Shown here piece after piece: positions 29,433 to 39,700 of a DNA stretch of 64,000 nucleotides. The first letter of the stretch is position 1. Each line of letters opens with the position of its first letter. A program made the translations under genes and the position numbers. This DNA is from Chrysomallon squamiferum (lineage: Eukaryota > Animalia > Mollusca). The stretch covers positions 11,284,001 to 11,348,000 of the forward strand of contig CM022679.1 of the NCBI GenBank assembly GCA_012295275.1. The letters run 5' to 3'. Below the pieces are notes generated by a model. The model did not search any database. It was not told the DNA's origin and saw only the letters and a program-made list of their open reading frames with translations.

Positions 29433-29680
29433 TAAAAATAATTGACTCGAGATACTCCCCCATCTCATCTGGCCAGGTCAATTTACTTGCCAGTTCATTT
29501 AAATATATAATTCGTGGATGGCATTTGTAGTTGATATTTACATTAAACAAAAATGCAAAAATATTTACACCAAATAATACATCAATAATGTATATATACT
29601 TCAACATCGTAAAAAAAAAAATCAACAACAAGAGACACGATTACATTTGTAGAAAATGTTTACCATTCGAAAGTAGCCAT
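17405..29680 (-). CDS. VPS35L: VPS35 endosomal protein-sorting factor-like (C16orf62), Retriever complex subunit; complete, 971 aa
   Basis: 25 hand-spliced exons: 29680-29664, 28944-28854, 28425-28237, 27854-27707, 27444-27368, 26992-26864, 26474-26312, 25888-25744, 25381-25288, 24880-24803, 24525-24356, 23922-23811, 23266-23150, 22808-22755, 22242-22099, 21756-21671, 21330-21250, 20946-20784, 20585-20508, 20102-19988, 19492-19356, 18977-18812, 18468-18350, 18012-17866, 17500-17405 (2916 nt, all phases consistent). Translation MATFEWQPRHRNY...HPLK...DPLS...FEPW...[12 protein letters not shown]...[32 protein letters not shown]...[22 protein letters not shown]...[17 protein letters not shown]...[25 protein letters not shown]...YLYHIDKVDSND matches human VPS35L as recalled along its length. 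Confidence 0.97.
23363..23455 (+). repeat. Dispersed repeat of about 90 bp, copy 1 (in VPS35L intron 12)
   Basis: taagacactttaatgcatata...aatgaaatagaag...gttttaagcaaaaatcaagtttctttaagccag, shared with 31960-32052. Confidence 0.8.
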
Positions 29681-29686
29681 TTTCGT

Positions 29687-29694
29687 TCACGTGA
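29687..29694. promoter_or_regulatory. TCACGTGA palindromic E-box (CLEAR-type) immediately upstream of the VPS35L ATG
   Basis: ttcacgtgat lies 7-14 nt upstream of the start codon, in a CpG-containing 5' region. Confidence 0.4.
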
Positions 29695-30265
29695 TTCGAG
29701 TTATTTCCCTTTATGTATTTTCTATACATCCACTAAGTACTTACTAATGTTTTATATACGCATCTTTGACTTTCAAACCACTCATAGTGATGTCAAAATA
29801 TTGTTTCAAAATGTCGCGCATATTTTAAGCTAAAATAATTTAGATTTGAAACTGCATCAAAGATACAGCATTTAAAAACAAAGTATTATTAATATATGCT
29901 ATTATCGAAAGTCTATAGCCTAACTGTTTATCAGTTTTTTTAAATGGCATGTGCTATATTTCTCGTCTTTCAAAAGTGCTGGTTTTAAAATTATTTTACT
30001 TTAAACTACATTATCTTAGGCACACAGAGGAAAACAAATTAAAAAACAAAAAAGAAACAGACGATAACGATTCGGCCAAAATGCAATTATTAATTAATGT
30101 TCTTTTATTTTCTAATGAAATGTATGAACGTCACAAAACTCGAAATTCTGGTCGACGTTTTCGTAAACTCCAATAGGATAACGTATCTCAGTGTTGTGTT
30201 CATAATTTCTACAATGGATATTAATTTATGTATTTTCGCCGACTTCTGATTTATTACGTCCGTCT

Positions 30266-31360
30266 TCAGAGATTGCACCGCTTCCCAGATATATAGATTT
30301 TTGTCTTGCATGTAGACATAACTGTTGATTCCTTCATTTTTCTGGTACATTTTTGACAACCAAGCCTATTGGCAACATGTTCTCTAAAAGATCTGGAGCA
30401 CAGGACGTAAAGAAAGAAATTAATCGAATAGTTAAACTGTTCCATGGGTTGAGCTAACTTGCAGAAACACGAGGTTCGGGTCCAATGTCTGGAAAAGACT
30501 GCCTCCTCGAGCAAATGCTATGTTGTGGCCAATCCAATTTGGTGATATGAGGATAATATATGTTATTGTTACCCCTAACAGCATAACAGTGATCTTCAGC
30601 GTTTCGTCGTTCTTATGATCGGAAGTCTGTACCATTTTCTTTCGTTTGCTTCGTTGCTGGAAAAGATTTGTACAATTAAGGGCGTTATTAGAAGAACCAC
30701 AGCATATAAAAATGTGCCGAAGATGATGAAGAATCGTCTCAAAGCTGCCGAGCCTGGTTCCACCAAATCTGATACGCATTTTGCAGACTTTGTTATCTTA
30801 GAAAAGACTGACCATACTCCATTTGTAAGCGAACATAATGACAGACAACAGCAATATCTAAGACAATGTTACTGTTTTACTCTGAGCGGAAAGCAAACAG
30901 CAAGAAAACGTTCAAAGCAAATTAACACAACCATGCCAGAAGACGACATCTTAGCAGTGCGCCAGCTGTCGAAGAAGATGTTGCAGCCCGTTTCGGAAAG
31001 AGCCCTAATGTCTACCCACATTATGTTTACAATCCAAGCTTTATTCAAGGGCAGCATTAAGATAAGCACTGTACCTGAGATCGACATAAATATCAGAATT
31101 ATACTGCAAGTGGTTTGGCGGAAGCGACGGCTTGACATGATCACGGTTGTCATCCAAACAGTCCTAAAAAGAGAAACAGTGGAATGGTCACATAACCAAA
31201 ATAATCAGTTTTTGCAGTCTGTTCTTTGTTTTTCACAGGATTGCGCCTGTGTTGTTGTACTCAGTTCATGATGATGCTGACAAAGAATGGCGATGGAAAA
31301 AATATTAATATCTTCTTTGTTTGAAACGTCATTGCCGTCGTTGGTACTTTTCAGATCAAG
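30266..31360 (-). pseudogene. Disrupted single-coding-exon class A (rhodopsin-family) GPCR, FMRFamide/peptide-receptor-like
   Basis: Fragments in different frames: TM1 YFGYVTIPLFLFLGLFG; frameshift near 31154; TM2-TM3 ...FRQTTCSIILIFMSIS...GC...VVLICFERFLAVCFPLRVKQ* (DRY-like ERF, stop at 30869-30871); ECL2 Cys and TM5 RFFIIFGTFLYAVVLL; frameshift; TM6 KITVMLLGVTITYIILISP; frameshift near 30460; TM7/helix 8 EQFNYSINFFLYVLCSRSFR. At least 3 frameshifts plus in-frame stops. The 5' boundary is approximate. Confidence 0.85.
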
Positions 31361-31959
31361 CCGTCAAGACTTTGTGTAATTTTCACTTTGGAATTTATCA
31401 GCTGTCACAGTGAATGATCGTGTAGAAAACCTTGTGCTCTGTAATATTCACTGTAGTGCTGAGTATTGTATTTTTCCCGCAACAAGGGAGCACAAAAGTG
31501 AAAAGTAGTGCTAGAAATCCTAGGTATCTGAGCAGTAAGTGTCTAGAAATAATAGAATAAAGATACTTTAAAGCATATGATGATGATGACAATAACACTA
31601 ACACTAACAATACCTAACTAGATATATATGTAAATAAATATTTTATTAAATAAGTAAGTAAATGTATTAATAAATGTATGCCTCTTTATTAAATATTCAA
31701 ATTCTTACCTGAAATAGTTCAGAGTGAGAAACAAATGAAAATACATTGGATTTTTCCAAACCTTTATAGCATACTGATTTATTAATTTCTGCCACTATTT
31801 GTTTGATTAATTAATTAAAGTATTAGCTTCGGAGAATGTTGTTACGATCTGATCAATTAATTTTGTTTTCATGGTTAATTTTAATTTCAGATGTATAGGT
31901 TCCCAGGAAATATATTAGCAGTTATATTGTATTAGTAATGCTTTATTGCAAATTATTTG

Positions 31960-32052
31960 TAAGACACTTTAATGCATATATTAAATGAAATAGAAGAACT
32001 GGTATAACAGTGCAGTGTTTTAAGCAAAAATCAAGTTTCTTTAAGCCAGCTG
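31960..32052 (+). repeat. Dispersed repeat of about 90 bp, copy 2 (intergenic)
   Basis: Same sequence as 23363-23455 with scattered substitutions. Confidence 0.8.
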
Positions 32053-33342
32053 AAGTCGATATCTGCTTTGGTAAGGTAAGAAGACAGCCAATTCAAAAAC
32101 ATATTTTTAATTTGTCATTTATGAGAAACGTTATTTGTCATATTTTTGTTATGTTTGTTAGAGATAAGAAATTAAATAAAGAAATAAATAATTTTTTCTT
32201 TTAATTATACATATATATGTACTTTTATAAATAAATAAGTAAATATTTTATGGTGTATCAATTACTTTTACACGTCACAGTTTATTTCTTTGCTTTTTAT
32301 CTTCATTTTTATTTATTTCTGATCATATTAGATTGTTATAAGTTTATATTTCTCTTCTCTTATTTTTGTCATATATTTTTCTAGTCCTAACATGCTTTAA
32401 ACGTTTGTTTTAACTTTGTGTAAATTTTTTGTATAGTCCTTATTTCTTATTGTACTATTTATAAAAAAACAAAATAAAATGTTTGTTTTTTGGTTTTCAA
32501 AGGGTCTTGATATTTATGGTTTGGAGTTTTCTTTTCTTCATCATCTTTAAATACATTTTGTATTAACGATAAATATTTAAGAAAGAGTTTCCATAGTTTA
32601 CTAAGTAATGAAATTTCCTCGTCAATTTTTCACTTAAATGTTTGACTTTAACGCTTTTATTTTACATGAAACTTTAAAGACTCTTTCCTACACATTCGTC
32701 ATCAAAACGAGGTCAGAAAAAAATATGTGTTGGAAATTAGGTTTTAACAAGAATACTTGTTTCAGTATACATATATTTCATGTCTTACATCTGTTTTTCT
32801 AAAATTCGGATTATTTCTTAAAATATTATACTTAATTCGCACGAACTTTCCCGTTTGTTTTGTTAATTGTAAAATATTCTCTTTAATATAAATAAATTTA
32901 ATACTAACACCATGTTATAATTTCTCCTTGTCAGCGATTTGAAGTATTTTATTAGTGTGTAATAAAATCGCAAGGAGACGAAATTAAATATGCAACATAA
33001 AAAATCAAAAAAAAAAAAAAAAAAAAATCTATAATACCGGGAAGTCATCATTGTTTATTACTGTAATAACTTTGACGAAAATTCTGACCATTTCATGATT
33101 TCTTACTTGCAGATTAACAGTTCTGATCTACTGTTTCTGTAACAGCTAAAACTCGTTGTACCATTTCTGTCTTTTATGTTTTACCGTTATGATAGGCATA
33201 GGTTTTAGGCAAGAGTATCATAAGACTGAGTCTTAGTTCAGCTCAAAATATTGCAGACCTTCTCTCAATAGTAATAATTTTTATATGCTTGTGCACGACT
33301 TGTGATATATTCCTTATTGTTTGTATATCACAGAAATATGCT

Positions 33343-33628
33343 CTGAGGGTGTAAATGTTGAACTTAAGGATGACCGATGCGCGAACTGCACTGTTTTACG
33401 AAATCAAACCTATTAATTAGCTAGCCATATTGTATTCACAGTACTTATTATTTCATTGTAGGTTGTTTATTATTATTATTGTTGTTGTTGTTGTTGTTAT
33501 TATACTGAGGGGCTTAAATTTCAATCTTAAGGGTGATCAATGTTTGAATTGCATTATTTTACCAAATCCAACCAACTACCTAGCCATATTGTGTCCACAC
33601 TTCATGTGAAATATTTTATTGTAGGGTG
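33343..33628 (+). repeat. Diverged tandem duplication (about 33343-33465 and 33505-33628) separated by a (TTA)/(TTG) microsatellite
   Basis: Shared ctgaggg...cttaagg(a/g)tga...gaa(c/t)tgca...ttttac.aaatc...ctagccatattgt...attgtagg. Confidence 0.7.
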
Positions 33629-34037
33629 ATGATGATGATAATGATTAATATTAATATTATTATTAGTGTTCTTGTTGCTGTTGTTTTGTAATTCATATTT
33701 AACAGCATAAAGCTTTTAAAATAAAATTTGATTTTAGTTCTTCCTTCATTTGCCATATTATTGGCTGCAATGAACTAACAATAAAACATAAAATATTCTT
33801 TTATCGACATCTTATAATACTTCTTTCTTTCTTTTTTCTTATCTGTAAAACGTTATTAAAATTTTGCTCAAGTAGAATGAAATACGAAATTCTGTGACAC
33901 TTTTATTGTCTCTCCAGCGATAATTACACAGGGTATTTTCAGTGTTGCAATTTATATTATGCAGGGAACGCGTTTCTCAGATACTTTGAGAGAAATACGT
34001 AACAAAGAAACACATACTGACAGTGTAGGTAAATATG

Positions 34038-34043
34038 TTTATT
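34038..34043 (-). terminator. Candidate polyadenylation signal of the SYNPO2-like gene
   Basis: AATAAA on the minus strand followed by a GU-rich element (gtatgtgtttctttgtt), about 2.7 kb after the stop. Confidence 0.35.
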
Positions 34044-35307
34044 ATTTACATTTCCTTTACATTATTTGGCAGGTTTTCAAACTCAAATATATAATCTGAA
34101 TGACTTAATTACACTCGATCATATGCCATGTCTAAGAACAAATTCAATAAATAAATCAACAAATCACACAAAAGTAATGTTCGACATATTCGTCTTAACA
34201 TAACACAACCATAATTTAGGTTTTCAACCTTTTCTTTTTCACTGCAACATCGGATGTATAGAAATAGAAAGAGGAACCAAACTAGATAGACAGTAAGTAA
34301 AAACCGTATTAATTGCTAAAGATATGAATGTCGATAAATAAATATTCTTATTTTTTAATCAGATTTGTACATTTGAGTGTTGTGTTCGGTTCAATTGTTG
34401 GGTACGTTTATCTGCGTGTGAGTATGTGTGTGTGTATGTATGTATGTATGTGTGCATTCATGTGTGTGAGAGACTGTGCATATGTGGTTATGTATACGTA
34501 ACATTTCACTGACATCACTTTTACATATTAGTATAACGACCTTAATGTTTTGATTGATAATTTTAAGCAGCTGAATAAAACAAATTTAACAATACAACCG
34601 ACTATGTTACAATAAAATGATTGCACACAAACCTTCAATTATATCAAATCCAAATTAAAATGTAAAATATTATGCAGCATCTAGTAACAATCCCATTTTA
34701 AAAATACGACAGTAACAAAAGTAACAAATATTTATGCTTAAAAAAATATATAAATTGTATATAATTCAACATCCCGGTTGCGTGAATTGGTTTTTGAAAA
34801 TTCTGAGTAATGGATGGATCACACTGTTTTGGATGCAAGTAATGATGGCACTGACGAAAGTACGAAACACCGTGTACGTCACACGGAACTCGCGAAGGTA
34901 CGGCTTATTCAGATTACCCAAAGGGCGAGGTCGGGGCAGGACGAGAAGGCCGAGCTTTCTTCTCTCACTTCGTTCCCACGAAGGATACGTGGATGTTGAC
35001 AATGCTGGTGTATTTTCATTTCCTGTAAGTACTTTTCCGTGAAATTATTATCCAATACGTTTCTTCCGCAGGCTTAGACTCGCCGCCCCCCACCCCTCCC
35101 ACATTCTGCCGTACTCAAAGGTATCCAAATCGAAGCTTAAGGTGTTTCTTTGTAATCTTCTTGTCCATGAAAGTATGTGAGGGATTCACCAACCTGGGAT
35201 TTTAATATTACACTAAATAGGTATCACTTCTGATATTAATATTATTTTATAAAATGAATAATTTCAGCTATATTCCATAAAATTAAATTAACAGATTTGT
35301 TAGTTGA

Positions 35308-35359
<52 letters not shown>

Positions 35360-36458
35360 GTGATAATAATATGAATAATTTAATAACAAGAAAAGAAAAG
35401 AAAAATAAGCGAAAAACACATACCACTGTGCTAAAATACACTAACTGCATTAACGCAATACTTATTATTTATACATGGGAATGAAGTAGTGATGAACGAA
35501 TTATCAAACACCGATAAGGGTTATTTCCATTAATAATACATACAGCACGGATATAATGTACCAACGAGCTGATTGGTATCACTTAGGGAAAGACCATAAA
35601 AAAAAAAAAAAAAAACCCACTCGGATACACCACGCGACATTTAATAAGACGCACGCCAAATCCATATTAGGAAAGACACAACAATCATCTCTATAGCAAC
35701 CGAGCAGCTCGTGCCGCGCGTAGATGAAATGTGCCGTATCAGCTACAAGTATCATACTTCTGTAAGAACACACTTAGTGGAGGAAAAAAGCTCACAGCGG
35801 TATAAGAAAATACCAGTAAGAGCACCCTGCACACAAAAACACCGTTCGATATCGCAAGTCTATCCGAATGACGAAACATCTTCTGACACGATGTTTGGGG
35901 TGAACATTCCTCCAAACCAACCGAGCGCTTTGGTCATGTCAGACAGTCGCACGGCATTCTCCACAGATATTCTGTGCCAATATTGCGGATTGCGGAACGC
36001 TAAAGAATATAATTATATCATGTTAGTCCTTCTTGTTGGCATGGAAACTAAATGAAAAATGTTCAGGCAGTCGCGAATGTCTGGAACTACTGAGTTTGTA
36101 GGTGTAAACATAAACAAACAAATAAATGATGGAATATAAATAAATAGTGGCAGCTGAACCTCGTGACCTCGCACAATCAACAGATAAATCACAAGTCTTA
36201 AGGCTCTTTCGTTTTCTAGAACATGTGTGGCCTAACAAGTTAATTCAGTGACCACAAGTCAGGTGCTATATTTAAAGGCACTGTGAACCCAAAGTAAACC
36301 GCAAATACATATTTTCATATATAAAAAGTAACTGATTATTTTGATTAATCCCAAGTTTTATGCTGATTTGTTTTAAAATTTAACCCAGATAAATAATAAA
36401 ATAAGGAAAGAAGTTTATTTTCCCCCCCCCTCCGTGATTATTGATAAATTCGATGACG

Positions 36459-36500
<42 letters not shown>

Positions 36501-36572
36501 AAGTAGAGCATTCATATGCGAACCTTTAAGAAGAAGGAAGTATTGTTCTTTAAGTAAATATTCTCTTCTTTC

Positions 36573-36624
<52 letters not shown>

Positions 36625-36766
36625 ATTCTTATTATATTTTTGTTGTTGTTGTTGTTGTTGTACAGGAACTAAAAATGCTTCTACAGAATTATTGCACTGA
36701 TGAATGGTATCTGGTTTTCACAAGCGCACACTCACACACTCAAACACGCTATCACACTTGCACCCA

Positions 36767-39700
36767 TCACAAATCGGATCCAGGAAGAGCTTCGGGCGAG
36801 AAACCAGTGTAACTGCCATTAAACACAGGTGAGTAGTGCTGAGTATCCAAAGACAGAGACTGTGCATGATATTGTCCTGGGGGAGGGTGATAACCGGTGG
36901 GGGAGAGAACATTCGGGGAAGCGCTGTTACTGCCATTCATGCAATACGAGTCATTGCTGGTTGGCGTCCACACCCGACCGCCATATTCAGACGGTGACGA
37001 CATAGAGGGTTCAGGGGAATGCCACGCTTTGATTTTCGGATTGTAGTCACCAAACTGCACGGACGGTCGACCTGGTTTTGGTGCCACTGGTGGCGCTTCT
37101 TTCACTGGCTTGATTTGGGATGGCTGTAATACCTCGTCCACTAAAATAATAAAATAAAAAACAAAATTATATCTGAGATTTTCTATTCAGTATAATGTCC
37201 CTTTAGAATCACAATATGTATGTTTCTGTGTCTGTGTCTGTGTGTGTGAGTTTATGTGTGTGTGTATTTATATATTCAACTAATTAGTATTCTTCTGAAT
37301 ATTAACAGTACGTATGTGCTTATGTAATACTGGTATATGAAGAATAACATATTAGTAAGCACCTTAAAATCTAGCTGTAACCACCATTAATTTACAGTTT
37401 AGAGCGTGTAATAACATATCCACCGAACATAATATATGTATTTGAACAGCAACGCAATAACATTTTAATGTTTCAATGGAGTTAGAAAAAACAAACCCAC
37501 GGTGTAATAAATCAAACATGCTGTGATATATAATAAATCAAACTTCGGTGTTTACGTCATTAAATTTCAAAAAGAAAAAAGAAAAAAAAAGTTTAGCGTA
37601 ATGAATAGGCTTAAATTAAAACATTTAATAACAATATAAATACTGAAATAATGCTTATGAAAATATTATTCTGATTCTTTTCTGGTTGTACAACGAGAGG
37701 ACGTAAACAGGCTGTCGACACTCCATGAATACTAATAATAAAACGTACAGTATAACAGTTTAGAATGTACTTACGATGTACTTCTTCCTTGTAAGTCGTC
37801 CATCCTTTAGCCTTTCTATTGAAGTCCTTCCCCTGCAGAAGTTTAACATGATGGTCAGTTGCGAGTTTAGTAACTTTAGGTATTGGCATGGGCTGAACTT
37901 CAGGAGTCTGAACCGCCGGTTTGGGTGGTTCGGGCGGCTGATACTTCAACATCTGATTCAACTTTTGCAGTCTTTCGTACTCAGATAAGTGATCAAAAGC
38001 TCCCTCTACATCCCCGGAGGGATTCTTCAGAGCCGCCTCCCATGGGGATATAGAAGGTTTGCACTGTAAGTTGAGCATTTCTTCCAGCTTGTTCGTGGGA
38101 GCTTTCACTGGCTTCTTGACGTTTGTTTCGTCGACGATCCATTTCTCCGCCCGAACCCTTCTTTTTTCAAACAGACGTCCCGCTTTGCCTTTGTTGTTTT
38201 TCAAACTCTGCGCCAGGTCGAAACACTTGGTCGGTGCCACTGACTGGTGGTCGCATCGCTTCGCCTGCAAACGAAGCTTTTCGAATTCTTCCTTTGACAA
38301 AGCCATGGGATGATCCTCCTCCGGAGGCTTAACTCGATGCTTCACTTTTGGTATTCGGAAGGTAAACAGAGGTTTCGAACCGCCCTCTGTCACGTGGAGC
38401 TCGCTGTCCAAGTCCGATAAGTAAGCTATGTCGTCTGCCGCGGCATCATGGGAAGAGGACTTTTCTCCGTCGTGAATCCACTTGGAAGATTTTTTCTGAC
38501 GCTTGGCAAACATTGTCGCACCGCGCGCTTTCTTGTTGATCTCCGAGGTCAACGACTGTGAAATTGCTTTACACAATTTCATCTGTTCTTGGATTGTCGG
38601 GTAATTGTGGTTTGGATCATCGTAAAATGCAGAATCCGCGTAAAGCTTTTCTGTTTAAGAAAAAAAAAAAAAAAAAAAATAAAGAATATTATGGATATTC
38701 ACGGAAAACAAATAGAAAGAAACAGTAGCAACAACAACAACAACAACAACAACAACAAAAAAAAAAAAAAGAAGAAGAAAAAAAAAAAACAAGAAATAAA
38801 AAAAGAAGAAGAAGAAAAAAACAAGAAAAAAACAAACAAGCAACGTCAACAATAAAAACTACAACGATTAACAACAACAAAACAACAGTAAAAAAAAAAA
38901 AAAAAAAGGAAAAACAAGGAAAAGATGTAACAAGGAAAATATATTTAAACATATATATAGACATGTCGTTTTCACATTACGTTAATTTCTGGCACACGAG
39001 ACGTTTTTGCACTAAACATGATTATTAACAAGTATCTGTTACTGCGGCTGAAATGGACTGTTATACTGTAGTATGTTATAAACAATAGCAACAAAATGAA
39101 ATACTTTAAAAGCTATATTGTTGGTTTTTTACTTTATCTTACCTGTTCTTTCATAAACTGCCTCTCTTTTTATCTTATTTATGTATAATTATTTATACAT
39201 TATTATTATTGACAAAAGAATTTAAAAAGCTGTATATGCCACTTACTATAGATACTTTTAAAAACATGTGATAAAATAATAACTAAAGATTTCCATATAT
39301 GATAATATTCCTGATATAAATGCATATTCTATGCAAAAACTGGTAGAAGGGTGAAAGTATATATTTACTGAAAACATTATTTTTGTCTATAAAAATAAAT
39401 TAATAAAAAGTTTTTAATGATGTTATCCTAATGAAATGCCATTTTCAGGATTTCAAAAATAATACTGAACAGTTTTATATTTATTTTATTTTTCAGTCCA
39501 CTATACATCTTAGGTTTAAGTATATATTAATTTGAATGTTCCTCCTTTGCCGTGTCAGCTGTTAGTTAATTTATTACAGAATTTGAATTTATGTATTTTA
39601 GATATATGTTTTACATAGAGAATTTTTTTTTCTTAAATTTAAAAAAAGAAAAAGAAAAAATCCACCACTATTCCAAAAATACTCAAACAAGAATTAAAAA

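Noticed and set aside
34734-35042. Overlapping ORFs on both strands (102, 78 and 61 aa)
   Set aside because: No recognisable homology or phase-compatible coding splice; better explained as GC-richer 3' UTR.
37776-38332. Plus-strand ORFs overlapping SYNPO2-like exon 4 (also 41904-42152 over exon 3)
   Set aside because: Short antisense shadows of real coding exons.
38589-38964. Poly-K/N, poly-F/V and poly-C ORFs
   Set aside because: Low-complexity A-rich and (AAC)n tract at the acceptor end of an intron.
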